A stretch of 45,305 nt of DNA from a virus. Both the position numbers and the translations under genes were made by a program. Each line of letters begins with the position of its first letter. Positions within the stretch are counted from its first letter, which is position 1. Shown here piece after piece: positions 7,795 to 16,906 of the stretch. The notes beneath the pieces were generated by a model, which worked only from the letters and a program-made list of their open reading frames with translations, made no database searches and was not told where the DNA came from. The stretch is from IMG/VR virus record IMGVR_UViG_3300045988_023147; one strand, given 5' to 3'.

Positions 7795-8364
7795 CTATGC
7801 ATTCTTCATCTCCTCCAACTTCTTCTCAGCTTCCTCACGAGTGAGGAATACTGTTTTGCCAAATCGGTCAACATAAGTGCTTACAGCTATACACGAAAGA
7901 CAAGTTGGATACACGTAATATTCTTTTTTACTATCGCACTCGTATTCACAGCCACTACAACTGTATTCATCAAATCTTGAACCGCATTCTGAGCAGACTG
8001 TCCATCCGGAAGAGATAATATATATTTCTTTATTATTAGCTGGCAATTTCACAAGTAGTCCCTGTTCTTCTAAGTCTTTGTAAGATTTCAGTTCTTCCAG
8101 AAGTTCTGCAGCATCTTTCAGCCAAGATAAATCTCCATCTTCAAAACAGCAACCATATTTCTGCTGATAATACGGGCAACCAACCGCTTCATTCCCGCTG
8201 ATATAATCTCTTAAATCCTCGCCAGTTCCACAGACAATGCGTTTATGCTCGTCATTCTGCATATGCATGAAATTTTCGTGGTCTGCATAGCAATCGCCTA
8301 CAGTATCCTGGCTGGCAACGCATTTAAGTGCCTTTATCATATCGTCAAGTGTTAGTCTCTCCAT
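7795..8364 (-). CDS. Cys-rich early protein (189 aa), unknown
   Basis: Start set at ATG 8364 (AGGAGG 8 nt upstream). Multiple CxxC pairs (CSECGSRFDEYSCSGCEYEC). Confidence 0.6.
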   Translation of the reverse strand: MERLTLDDMIKALKCVASQDTVGDCYADHENFMHMQNDEHKRIVCGTGEDLRDYISGNEAVGCPYYQQKYGCCFEDGDLSWLKDAAELLEELKSYKDLEEQGLLVKLPANNKEIYIISSGWTVCSECGSRFDEYSCSGCEYECDSKKEYYVYPTCLSCIAVSTYVDRFGKTVFLTREEAEKKLEEMKNA

Positions 8365-8608
8365 CTGCTTCGCCTCCTGTAATTTTGCTAATACAAGTGT
8401 TCCAACCTCGAATCCATGCAAGACTAAGTTCACTTCTCCAATATTCCTCTTCTTTCTCCTCCGGCAGTGGCTTCAATGGACACCAACCGGGGATTATATC
8501 ATTGTTTGGAACTCTCCTACCATTCATTGCTCTGCACCAAAATTCGCTTATAAATTTGCATTTTCCGCAATTCTCTGGTGTATCAATCACCAATACCGAT
8601 TTACTCAT
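8345..8608 (-). CDS. Small CxxC protein (87 aa), unknown
   Basis: ENCGKCKF ... WCPLKPLPE motif common in small phage early proteins. ATGA coupling with the upstream ORF. Confidence 0.55.
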   Translation of the reverse strand: MSKSVLVIDTPENCGKCKFISEFWCRAMNGRRVPNNDIIPGWCPLKPLPEEKEEEYWRSELSLAWIRGWNTCISKITGGEADGETNT

Positions 8609-8760
8609 CTTCTCTTACCTCTTTTCTGCAAGAATGCTCCGTACTGTGCAGGACTGATGATAGTATCTTTTTCTCTGGTAGCCAGTCCATATCCGAGTCT
8701 TCCATTATTTTTATTTTCTTCTTTTGTAAACATGGTAGAAATATCTTTGCCTTTACTCAT
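8605..8760 (-). CDS. Small basic protein (51 aa)
   Basis: Internal ATG at 8760 with AGGAGG RBS 6 nt upstream, overlapping the YopX stop. The longer track ORF (8605-8901) overlaps YopX. Confidence 0.5.
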   Translation of the reverse strand: MSKGKDISTMFTKEENKNNGRLGYGLATREKDTIISPAQYGAFLQKRGKRR

Positions 8761-9208
8761 CTGATTCCTCCTGTAATAATTCTGGGTTGTCAAATACGTT
8801 TCCCTTGACTGAGTTTTTTGCGTTGATATCATAATAGTTTTCACATTTACCATTCCGAGAATAATGGTATGTACTATTCCACAGGACGCAGAATTTACCA
8901 TTATGGAATACTACTTTTCCAATATCGCCACCGTATCTTGTCTGACATGTCACAATGTCATTTTCCCAAATCTTATTTCCGTTCTTGTCGCAAAGCCCCG
9001 TGAACTGGCAGAGGGTTTCAGGTTCAATCTCGCAAAAATCAATTCCTGTAATATTCCACTCATCGCAAGCAGTTCCATTGTATTTCTCAATAATCAAACC
9101 ACCTATGAAATATTTTTTCTCCTCCCCGTCAAACCCATTGTCAAAAAGATACCCCTTAACCCATTCACCATTATCAATCCGCTTTGCCTTAAAAAGAATT
9201 TCTCTCAT
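8753..9208 (-). CDS. YopX-family protein
   Basis: MREILFKAKRIDNGEWVKGY start and overall pattern are typical of YopX. Confidence 0.75.
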   Translation of the reverse strand: MREILFKAKRIDNGEWVKGYLFDNGFDGEEKKYFIGGLIIEKYNGTACDEWNITGIDFCEIEPETLCQFTGLCDKNGNKIWENDIVTCQTRYGGDIGKVVFHNGKFCVLWNSTYHYSRNGKCENYYDINAKNSVKGNVFDNPELLQEESDE

Positions 9209-9465
9209 TCAACTCCACCACCTTTCACGATTTCAATTGCTTTATCAATTGTATTTGCAATATTTTCGTAAGCACAATCTTTATCTGCATCGCCCGTATT
9301 TGCAATTGTTAAGAAGTATCTCATTTTTAATTCTTTTAACTGCTCAATAACCTTGTCCACATCAAAAACTGTCGGCTGTTCGTCAATCTTTTCAAGAATC
9401 TCTAAATCATCAGAATATGCACAATGTATCGCATACTTCAATTTATCTGCATCAATCAACCTCAT
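9205..9465 (-). CDS. Hypothetical early protein (86 aa)
   Basis: Start at ATG 9465 (GGAGGAG upstream). MRLIDADKL N-terminus is common in small phage proteins. Confidence 0.5.
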   Translation of the reverse strand: MRLIDADKLKYAIHCAYSDDLEILEKIDEQPTVFDVDKVIEQLKELKMRYFLTIANTGDADKDCAYENIANTIDKAIEIVKGGGVE

Positions 9466-9595
9466 AATCTTCACACTCCTCCGCATATTCATAACCGTCC
9501 ATATCATCACATCTGCACTGGCAGGAATCCTGTTTAGTACAGCAGATACAGCACTCTGTTTCGCCGTCCGGACAGTATAATTTACATCTTCCCAT
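9452..9595 (-). CDS. Cys-rich acidic mini-protein (47 aa)
   Basis: MGRCKLYCPDGETECCICCTKQDSCQCRCDD... 11 Cys. AAAGGAAGG upstream. Overlaps both neighbours by 14 nt. Confidence 0.4.
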   Translation of the reverse strand: MGRCKLYCPDGETECCICCTKQDSCQCRCDDMDGYEYAEECEDYEVD

Positions 9596-9770
9596 TAATC
9601 CAGTCGCCTTCCTTTTCAAAATAAATGTATCTGCTGTTTTTCTTGACCGGCTCTGATGTATCAATGCAATATTTTACCTCAAGCAAAGCCTGCCAATATT
9701 TAAACTCTTTTAGTCTTACCTTGAATCTGGTATAAGTTTTGTCATCCTTTTTGAAAATTGACATTTCCAT
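9582..9770 (-). CDS. Hypothetical early protein (62 aa)
   Basis: ATG 9770 preceded by AGGAGG 7 nt upstream. Starts 2 nt after the upstream stop. Confidence 0.5.
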   Translation of the reverse strand: MEMSIFKKDDKTYTRFKVRLKEFKYWQALLEVKYCIDTSEPVKKNSRYIYFEKEGDWINGKM

Positions 9771-9772
9771 GT

Positions 9773-10186
9773 TTAATCCTCCTTGTATGGTTTCGGAAGC
9801 GGCTGCCATGCCGTAATCTCAATCCAATCATAACCGCTATCAAGATAATATCCGTCACAATCAATAAAGCTTGTATCTTGCCATGTTGTTTCTCCATTAG
9901 TAACCAATATTTCTTGTCCATCATCTGGCATTTTGTAGTCAAGCATATAATATCTCTTGAAATGCAAGCATATAATGTCTCTTGAAATGGATTCTTCTTC
10001 ACGTTCTTTTTCTGATATCTGATGATATTTTACCGGAATCCAACCATTTTCTTTCTCGTCCTGTTCCAGATCAGTAAGAAGTAATTCTACAATTTTTGAG
10101 ATATTATTTTTCGAGAAATAAGCTCCGTTCCCTGTGTTTTCCACCTCATTCTTCAATTGAATTAATCTGTCTTTAATATGGCTCAT
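9773..10186 (-). CDS. DUF551-like early protein (137 aa)
   Basis: ATG 10186 with AGAGGTGGA RBS. C-terminal ITAWQPLPKPYKED resembles the WxPLPxP ending of DUF551. Confidence 0.45.
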   Translation of the reverse strand: MSHIKDRLIQLKNEVENTGNGAYFSKNNISKIVELLLTDLEQDEKENGWIPVKYHQISEKEREEESISRDIICLHFKRYYMLDYKMPDDGQEILVTNGETTWQDTSFIDCDGYYLDSGYDWIEITAWQPLPKPYKED

Positions 10187-10574
10187 GCTTCCACCTCTCG
10201 CTTGATTCCAAATATTCTTCCCATACAACCTGGAAATCATCATGCATCATTCTTTGAGAAATCATAAATCCAAGAACAAAATCGTTATTAATGTTTTGAA
10301 TAAATTCTTTATCGCTCCCATGATTTCTCATGTATTCCTGAACCCTGTATGTTGCAGTTTTTATCTCATCAGTATTGCATATAATATCTCTAATTCCATT
10401 TATACTTCCTCGAAGCCGACGAATCCATTGTTTATTTTCTTTTCTATCTTCTTCCGCATCCACCAGAAGAGTATTCACAATATCCAGCGCACTCCCTGGA
10501 AGCCCATGCTTATACTGTGATTTCTCTTCTATCTCGGCTTTGTATTGTTCTAATCTGGTTCGTACTCTGCTCAT
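10173..10574 (-). CDS. Hypothetical early protein (133 aa)
   Basis: Co-directional, overlapping ORF in the early operon. No recognisable motif. Confidence 0.5.
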   Translation of the reverse strand: MSRVRTRLEQYKAEIEEKSQYKHGLPGSALDIVNTLLVDAEEDRKENKQWIRRLRGSINGIRDIICNTDEIKTATYRVQEYMRNHGSDKEFIQNINNDFVLGFMISQRMMHDDFQVVWEEYLESSERWKHEPY

Positions 10575-10789
10575 ACAACCACCTCTGTAAAATACTCATC
10601 TAACGTTTCTTGAGATATCTCAATCCATCTGTTAACATTTACTCCGTCAAGATGAATTTCTCCATCAATAATTTTTTCATTTCCAACTTCGTAAACTTCG
10701 CCTACCTCAATTTCCATGTATCCGTCAACGTAAAATCCATCACCATCGTATGTATCTAACGTGAACGATTTCACGCATTTATACTTCAT
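10571..10789 (-). CDS. Hypothetical early protein (72 aa)
   Basis: ATGA-coupled ORF. No recognisable motif. Confidence 0.5.
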   Translation of the reverse strand: MKYKCVKSFTLDTYDGDGFYVDGYMEIEVGEVYEVGNEKIIDGEIHLDGVNVNRWIEISQETLDEYFTEVVV

Positions 10790-11085
10790 ACTTCCACCTC
10801 CTCATAAGTTTCTCTGAATATATCTGGCTTACACGGATAAAATTCACCGTGAACACCTTTGATGATGTAATCACCAATGTTTGCAAGATGTTCACCCTCG
10901 AGTGTTTTAATAACCAGACCACCCGGAACCTTCCAATGGTCAATATAGAAATTCTTACCTTCTGCCGATATGTACTGGTCTGTACACTGATAGTCCGTCA
11001 GGAAATCGAACATTTCTCGATGATTTGTACCAGTCCACTGTACCACGTCAATTACAACTGGTTTTTTTCTATACCTCATACTCAC
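10786..11085 (-). CDS. Hypothetical early protein (99 aa)
   Basis: RKKPVVIDVVQWTG N-terminus recurs in small phage proteins of unknown function. Coupled ORF. Confidence 0.5.
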   Translation of the reverse strand: MSMRYRKKPVVIDVVQWTGTNHREMFDFLTDYQCTDQYISAEGKNFYIDHWKVPGGLVIKTLEGEHLANIGDYIIKGVHGEFYPCKPDIFRETYEEVEV

Positions 11086-11711
11086 ACCTCACTATCTTCT
11101 GGCTCTTCATTAAACATTTTATATATACGGCCAGAATGAAATGCCTTTCTTAATTTTTCATAATTAATTTCAGTAAGATCTGAAATTTGAGAAATTGTCA
11201 TTGGCTTTCCTTTGAATTCTACAATCAAATTATTTCTTTTATTATTTCCTTGTATTTTTGCATCCACCCATCTACAGTTGTCAGGCGAATATCCATTATT
11301 ATTATCAATGCGGTCAATCGTTAAATTGTCTTGATACCCATTCTCTATTGCCCATTTATAAAACATCATAAAATCATGCCATTCTTCACAAACAGATATT
11401 CCACGACCGCCATAATCAATATATTGTGGGTGATCTTTGTGCTCGCATCTATATTTCATATTGCGCCAGATGTTATATATCCTTGTATGCCTTAATCCGT
11501 GTCTTGTAGCTTTTTGCCTTGCAATATCAACGCTTAAACAACCGCACGATTTTGTTCTTCCTATTTTGAGCGCGTATGCTTCTACGGTTTTTATGTTTCC
11601 GCAATCACATTGGCATATCCAATATGTTCTATTGGTATCGTCCGTTTTTTTTCGCTTTATTACTGTTAATCTCCCGAAACGTCTTCCTGTTAAGTCTACA
11701 AACTTACTCAT
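11082..11711 (-). CDS. HNH/AP2-like DNA-binding or nuclease-family protein (209 aa)
   Basis: LTGRRFGRLTVI...YWICQCDCGN...SCGC N-terminus and IDRIDNNNGYSPDNCRWV C-terminus are typical of phage HNH_3/AP2-type proteins. The first His appears replaced by Asp. Confidence 0.5.
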   Translation of the reverse strand: MSKFVDLTGRRFGRLTVIKRKKTDDTNRTYWICQCDCGNIKTVEAYALKIGRTKSCGCLSVDIARQKATRHGLRHTRIYNIWRNMKYRCEHKDHPQYIDYGGRGISVCEEWHDFMMFYKWAIENGYQDNLTIDRIDNNNGYSPDNCRWVDAKIQGNNKRNNLIVEFKGKPMTISQISDLTEINYEKLRKAFHSGRIYKMFNEEPEDSEV

Positions 11712-11741
11712 ATTCCATTTTCCCTTTATCCTGACTTCTGA

Positions 11742-12101
11742 TTAACATTTTGTGTCCTCCTGATTCTTAAATCCCATCTTTAAATCATAGACAAACTGGC
11801 AAAGTTTCTCTGCAATCTCATCCGCATTCTCTACATTTGCAAGATGTCTTACATACTGCTTACCACATATAACGCAAGTTAATTTTCTGATTGTTTCCCA
11901 AACCTGCCATGAGATAATAGATGAATCAAAAGCATCCGTCATCAGAGAATTTCTTCCGTTCCCATTCTCGTCTCTGAACCACTTTTCTCTCGGTGCTTTT
12001 AATGTGGTTGCGACGTCTTCTCTGGTAAGACAGCCTTTGTATTTTTCATCCATACGTTTTTCCAGTTCATCTAAAAGTTCCTTCTTTTCCTGTTCTGTCA
12101 T
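11742..12101 (-). CDS. Hypothetical early protein (119 aa)
   Basis: Clean ORF with an RBS. No recognisable motif. Confidence 0.5.
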   Translation of the reverse strand: MTEQEKKELLDELEKRMDEKYKGCLTREDVATTLKAPREKWFRDENGNGRNSLMTDAFDSSIISWQVWETIRKLTCVICGKQYVRHLANVENADEIAEKLCQFVYDLKMGFKNQEDTKC

Positions 12102-12244
12102 TGCGTCCTCACTTTCCCCATGTAAGTAACTGACACGCTATTGTGCAGTCCTCCATGATTTCTGTGTTAATATTTCCTCTATCTGGTTCTAATTCATCAA
12201 GGAATAAACCATTTATTTACGCTCCAAATCTTCTGACCAATTCT

Positions 12245-12505
12245 TTATGCTCCAGTTTCCACCTTTGAATAACTCAATCTATACGCCCTCTGCTCTGTCG
12301 GATCCTCACTAACAAGCAATCCGTTGTCTAAAAGCAAATTAAAGTGTTTTCTGGCAGTAGCCATTGAAATGTCTAATCCATCTGCAATATTTCTTGTAGA
12401 CGGCATATAGTGGTGCTTGCGGTAATATTTCAGGATAAAATGATATACCGCTTTATACATCTCCTGTCCCTCTTTATGTTTGCGCTCTGTATTGTATTTC
12501 CTCAT
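12245..12505 (-). CDS. Winged-helix (LexA-N-terminal-like) DNA-binding protein (86 aa)
   Basis: ATG 12505 with GAGGTG RBS. YMPSTRNIADGLDISMATARKHFNLLLDNGLL resembles the LexA_DNA_bind wHTH. Confidence 0.5.
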   Translation of the reverse strand: MRKYNTERKHKEGQEMYKAVYHFILKYYRKHHYMPSTRNIADGLDISMATARKHFNLLLDNGLLVSEDPTEQRAYRLSYSKVETGA

Positions 12506-12519
12506 CAATAGCACCTCGC

Positions 12520-12903
12520 TTAATCGTTAATTCGGAATCTCAAATCAAGATTCAGCTCCTCTTTAATTGATCTTCTGTAATCCTCCCAGGTTGCCATATC
12601 GTCCATCAGATAATCAGCCCCCCTGTCCATGCCGTCCATGAATTTCTGGCAGCGTTTCTGCCCAAATCCGAAATCATCATGCAAAACGGCAATTCCAAGG
12701 ATTGTAAATGTATCAAGTGTCATTTCTTTGATTTTCTGTGCTGCCTTATCCAGGTCTTTACTGGCTAAAGAGGTATGTACTCCTGTAATCCCTCGGAATT
12801 TTATTTCCCTCTCCAGCGCTTCTATACCGCCATCTCTAACAATTCTGAGTGCCAGATCAAGACCATCCTCTCTCCCTCGCTCATACTCCTTCATTTTGTT
12901 CAT
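12520..12903 (-). CDS. Hypothetical early protein (127 aa)
   Basis: Coupled ORF. No recognisable motif. Confidence 0.5.
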   Translation of the reverse strand: MNKMKEYERGREDGLDLALRIVRDGGIEALEREIKFRGITGVHTSLASKDLDKAAQKIKEMTLDTFTILGIAVLHDDFGFGQKRCQKFMDGMDRGADYLMDDMATWEDYRRSIKEELNLDLRFRIND

Positions 12904-13151
12904 TGGTTTATCCTCATCTCTCTCTGTTTAGAATCTAAGAGATTCTCTAAAGCATTTATGCAATCTTGGATAAACTTTTTATCGTGTTTATCCGTGCAAA
13001 TGCCACTAATCTCCCCAAGCCAAATTAATTTATCAGAAGCTTGTTTGGAATATTCATCTGTAATCTCTACTGAATAGAATTCTTTTATAGCTTTCCAGTA
13101 TTCTGTTAGAAACTTTTGTATGATAGGAATATCTTTTGCTTCTACTTTCAT
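12900..13151 (-). CDS. Hypothetical early protein (83 aa)
   Basis: First ORF downstream of the iteron region. ATGA-coupled to the next ORF. Confidence 0.5.
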   Translation of the reverse strand: MKVEAKDIPIIQKFLTEYWKAIKEFYSVEITDEYSKQASDKLIWLGEISGICTDKHDKKFIQDCINALENLLDSKQREMRINQ

Positions 13152-13170
13152 TTTCCACCTTCTTTATTGA

Positions 13171-13355
13171 GTAACCGTCCGTAACCGAAACGTAACCGTT
13201 CAAAAATCCGCAAACCCTTGATTTTACTGGCAGGTAACCGAGTAACCGAGTAACCCTGACTTTCTCATATGGGGAAACTTTTATACTCAATATGTGCATA
13301 TAAATACTCAAATATATATATGCAGAATCAAAGGTTACCTAGGTTACCCGGTTAC
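13171..13355. repeat. Origin-of-replication-like iteron array
   Basis: GTAACC at 13171, 13181, 13192, 13234, 13242 and 13250. Inverted GGTTAC at 13333, 13342 and 13350. These flank an AT-rich core (13261-13330) with two ATACTCAA repeats. Confidence 0.75.
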
Positions 13356-13374
13356 CTTTTGGACGAATTGTCTA

Positions 13375-15276
13375 TCAATCAAACACAATATCGTCCGTAA
13401 TCTCAAAATTATCATTGCAATTCACGAATCCTTTCGGAATTTCATTTACAATTTTCAAGAACACACATTTGGTGACAATTCCGTCAAGTTTTTTTGCCTT
13501 GGTCGGATAACCTCTGCTGTCGGTTTCCACAAGTCCCTTCTTAACAGCCCATGACAAAAATGCTTTTCTGGAGAATCTTCCTATTTTGCATAAATCATCA
13601 AACGCTGCGCTATAAATTATTGCAGTTGACGTTTTTTCTACCGGGTCATTGTCAATAATTCCCCATCTTTCTGTCTTTATATCCGGGTTATCATCGAATT
13701 TAATTCCGTTCATGGCAATCTTATCAAGCACGAACCAGTAAGCGCGTTCGTTTTCAGATACCATTTCTTTCTCTGTCAGAAGATTCTTAGCCGTCTCAAT
13801 GTCAATGTACTGGCCATCATGAAACAGCTGATCTGTTGCGATTTTATCTGCTGCCAGGATAATGCTCATTGATATGCTTTGCTTCTGCATCTTGTCATCG
13901 TCCTGTATAAGGCTCTGAAAATGCTTCTGCATGGCTTTTATATCGTCAATGGACATTTCCTTAACTACATTTACAAAATCAATTCCTGCGTAGCCGTAGT
14001 TCTTTTTAAGGGTATCTGCGGTAAGCTGTGGATCATCAAATATCTTTTCAGAGCACTCAACCTCAATAATTCGGTTAATCGCTCCGCCCTGGCTGACATA
14101 CCCGGCCAGTGGACGTTCACCGTTAGTAAGGATACAATTCTGCCAGCGATTCTCCCGGTTAACACCCAGTTCCTTGTTGGAACGGCTCTTTCCTTTTCCA
14201 GAACACAGGTCATATACAATTCCTTCGAAGTTGTCCCTGATCTTGGCAGATACTTTGGAAGTATCATCCAGAATTAGTGGAAGATTGTTAAGCATATCGG
14301 ACTTTGCTTCCAGGGCCACATCGGTTGTTTTAAAATCTCCTATGTATCTGGATTCGCCAGGGTTCGCCCAGACAGAAGCTCCTAGCATAAGTGTTACAGT
14401 CTTACCACCCTCGGTTTCGCCCCATAAGTCCACAAAGAATGGAAGAGCACCGACCAGTTTAATCAGAATACTGGCGAAGCTTGCAGCTAGCATGATTTTC
14501 GGTTCGATTCTTCCAGTAGCACGAACCTTTTTTACATGTTCATACCACTCTGTTCTGCTGCCACTTACACTGATACTTTCATACAGTTGCCGAAACCTCA
14601 TATCTCCATCGAATACAATGTCCTTGTCGTAGGGAAGAAAATAATCCCTGATCCACCCGATTTTACTGGAAGAATACTGAATATTAATGTAATCGTCATT
14701 TGCATTCTCGACATCTGACAGATACCGCACAAGAAACTTCGCATTCTCAGAAGTCACTGAAATACCAAGCGCTGATAAACCAACAATTTTACTGGCTGAT
14801 GCAACCATGGTTTTTGGAACAATAACCTCGGACCATTTATTATTCCTCTTATAGATTAACTTTATCTGTTCTTCCCCAGTCTCCAGATTCTTCATTCGTT
14901 CGATTGGAAGAATAGGGTGATAACAAGCTATAATGTCCGGCGATCCTGGATTTGTATTTGAAATCCTGATTCCCTCATCATCTGCCATCCAGTTAAGACA
15001 TTTCATCCGGTCATATTCGCAATCAGAGAAATTTGTCCATTGATTTAATGCGGATACAGGTTTCTCTTGCTTTTCTTTCTCAATGATCTGCCTATGTACT
15101 TTTGTGTAGACTTTCAACAGATCCTCAAATTTCTTCTTTACTCCAAGCTCCTTTGCCCTGTCCAGAAGCGTCAATGTTAAACGTGCCTTGTAAATCTCAT
15201 CTTCTTGCTTGAATATCTCATTAAACACTTCTTCTTCCAGAATTGATTCTGATGTGAGCTTGTTAATCTGTTCCAT
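13375..15276 (-). CDS. SF3 primase-helicase-type replication protein (VirE/DUF927/D5-like), 633 aa
   Basis: Walker A GETEGGKT and Walker B LPLILDD in the centre. Size and position next to the iterons and the CHC2 gene. Confidence 0.7.
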   Translation of the reverse strand: MEQINKLTSESILEEEVFNEIFKQEDEIYKARLTLTLLDRAKELGVKKKFEDLLKVYTKVHRQIIEKEKQEKPVSALNQWTNFSDCEYDRMKCLNWMADDEGIRISNTNPGSPDIIACYHPILPIERMKNLETGEEQIKLIYKRNNKWSEVIVPKTMVASASKIVGLSALGISVTSENAKFLVRYLSDVENANDDYINIQYSSSKIGWIRDYFLPYDKDIVFDGDMRFRQLYESISVSGSRTEWYEHVKKVRATGRIEPKIMLAASFASILIKLVGALPFFVDLWGETEGGKTVTLMLGASVWANPGESRYIGDFKTTDVALEAKSDMLNNLPLILDDTSKVSAKIRDNFEGIVYDLCSGKGKSRSNKELGVNRENRWQNCILTNGERPLAGYVSQGGAINRIIEVECSEKIFDDPQLTADTLKKNYGYAGIDFVNVVKEMSIDDIKAMQKHFQSLIQDDDKMQKQSISMSIILAADKIATDQLFHDGQYIDIETAKNLLTEKEMVSENERAYWFVLDKIAMNGIKFDDNPDIKTERWGIIDNDPVEKTSTAIIYSAAFDDLCKIGRFSRKAFLSWAVKKGLVETDSRGYPTKAKKLDGIVTKCVFLKIVNEIPKGFVNCNDNFEITDDIVFD

Positions 15277-15281
15277 TTTCT

Positions 15282-15773
15282 TTAATCACCTTCTTCCAAT
15301 CCTGTTAGAAATCCATGTTTATATAATGCAAGCTGTAATTTGTTCCATGCTTCACACCATCCATCTGATAATGGACTTACTCTGTCAAGAATAGACCTGT
15401 AAAAATCAATATCGGACAAACATTCCTGCAATTCTTCATTCTTCTTCCGTTCTGCTTTCTCTCTCATTTCTTTTTGCTTCTGAGCGTGATATATTGCCAT
15501 TCTGGAAGAGAAATTTGGCTTTTGATAAGTTCCTCCGAGCAAGCTAAAAGCTGTCTTAAAATCGCAATTATCCATATTCTGAACGAAAGTAAAAATATCT
15601 CCTGTCGCACCACAACCGAAACAATAATAGCTGTCTTTGTAGATTTTCATAGATGCAGTACGGTCGCCGCTATGAAAGGGGCACTGTATAAAGCCGGCTC
15701 TGTTTGGAACCATGCCATATCTATTCAGGACATCTCTCATACTGTTCTGCTGCTTAATTTCTTCTTTCGTCAT
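15282..15773 (-). CDS. CHC2 zinc-finger protein (DnaG N-terminal-domain-like), 163 aa
   Basis: CPFHSGDRTASMKIYKDSYYCFGCGATGD is the CHC2 primase zinc-finger signature. No TOPRIM region in this ORF. Confidence 0.7.
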   Translation of the reverse strand: MTKEEIKQQNSMRDVLNRYGMVPNRAGFIQCPFHSGDRTASMKIYKDSYYCFGCGATGDIFTFVQNMDNCDFKTAFSLLGGTYQKPNFSSRMAIYHAQKQKEMREKAERKKNEELQECLSDIDFYRSILDRVSPLSDGWCEAWNKLQLALYKHGFLTGLEEGD

Positions 15774-16267
15774 GTCAGTAACTCCACGATTCGCCGTCCA
15801 GTCTCTTCTTTTGTACAGAATTCAAATCGGACGCCGTATTTATCTCTGATCGTGCAAAGAGATTTGTACAACTGGCAACCATCAACAGCCTTGTCCGATA
15901 TTACAGTCTTAACCTTTTTACCGTTTACTGTCTTCCAGATAACTTTGTGCTTTCTTGGATTCTCCCAGAAATACACGTCACCTACACTCTTGATATCTGA
16001 CCCATGTTCGCAAAGAATAATTAGCTGTATACCTGCTTCACGGGCCCTGATAAGCTCTGCCTTGAATCTTTCGTGTTGCTGGCAGACATTTCCACATAGC
16101 TCTTGTAAATCCTTTTTGCGGTCAATACAGAGCTTTGCATTGTCCAGCGATTGATAATCACCGCAATACAGTTTCGAGCGAAAATACTGCACTCCAAGGC
16201 TATCAAACTGACTCTGAATCCGTTCCCATTCTGATTTATGTTCCCTTGTGTCCACTTGTATAACCAT
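15770..16267 (-). CDS. ERCC4/Mus81-like structure-specific nuclease
   Basis: VDTREH ... GDYQ ... IDRKKDLQELCGN matches the ERCC4 GDY / ERK-type motifs. Confidence 0.6.
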   Translation of the reverse strand: MVIQVDTREHKSEWERIQSQFDSLGVQYFRSKLYCGDYQSLDNAKLCIDRKKDLQELCGNVCQQHERFKAELIRAREAGIQLIILCEHGSDIKSVGDVYFWENPRKHKVIWKTVNGKKVKTVISDKAVDGCQLYKSLCTIRDKYGVRFEFCTKEETGRRIVELLT

Positions 16268-16282
16268 TAAAAACACATCCTT

Positions 16283-16906
16283 TTAATTAAATGGAAGTTC
16301 TTCGTCAATTCCATCTGGAATACTCATAAAGTCTGTACCTGCCGGATTCGCCCCCATGATAGCTTCTTCTTTCAGATGATCGTCATAGGCCCTTGTGGTA
16401 CGTTCTTTTGGAATATCAGCATCATTTATTCCTTCAATACTACGGAATCGGGCGAGTTTGTGACGATTAATTTCTCTGTTATCGTACCAGTCTTTTTCAA
16501 CCCCAAAGACACCGCCGATCAGTTTACTCTTGAACTGCTGCCCGAAATTGTCACCCCATTTAACGGAAAATCCAGGGTTGGATTTTTCCACGCAAGTAAT
16601 AAAAGTCTTGAGATTGCGAACGCCATAATCAACGTTTTCATCAATAATCATATAGTTAGTACCGGCATTCGGATATTTCTTGTCTGGACGAATATCGTTC
16701 TCAAACTGCTTCATAAAGTAACCTGCCTGCTCGTCACCGTCGGCAAAATCAAACAGAATAACGAGCATATTTTTAGTTTTTCCCTCATCGTCTGGTTTTG
16801 ACTGACGCTCTGACACCTGCTTAATTACCATCTTGTGACCGCCGAGCTTAATTGGTTCAAATTCTCCTGCTGCCTGTGTTGTATCATAACTATTTGGTTT
16901 CTGCAT
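16283..16906 (-). CDS. DUF669-like protein (putative ssDNA-binding partner of the Sak4-like ATPase)
   Basis: GEFEPIKLGGHKMVIKQV N-terminus and position immediately after an AAA_24-type ATPase. Confidence 0.5.
   Translation of the reverse strand: MQKPNSYDTTQAAGEFEPIKLGGHKMVIKQVSERQSKPDDEGKTKNMLVILFDFADGDEQAGYFMKQFENDIRPDKKYPNAGTNYMIIDENVDYGVRNLKTFITCVEKSNPGFSVKWGDNFGQQFKSKLIGGVFGVEKDWYDNREINRHKLARFRSIEGINDADIPKERTTRAYDDHLKEEAIMGANPAGTDFMSIPDGIDEELPFN

Noticed and set aside
13054-13311. 85-aa minus-strand ORF
   Set aside because: It is laid over the GTAACC iteron array and the AT-rich origin core. It has no RBS, and the repeat-derived peptide (VTRLLGYLPV...) looks non-genic.
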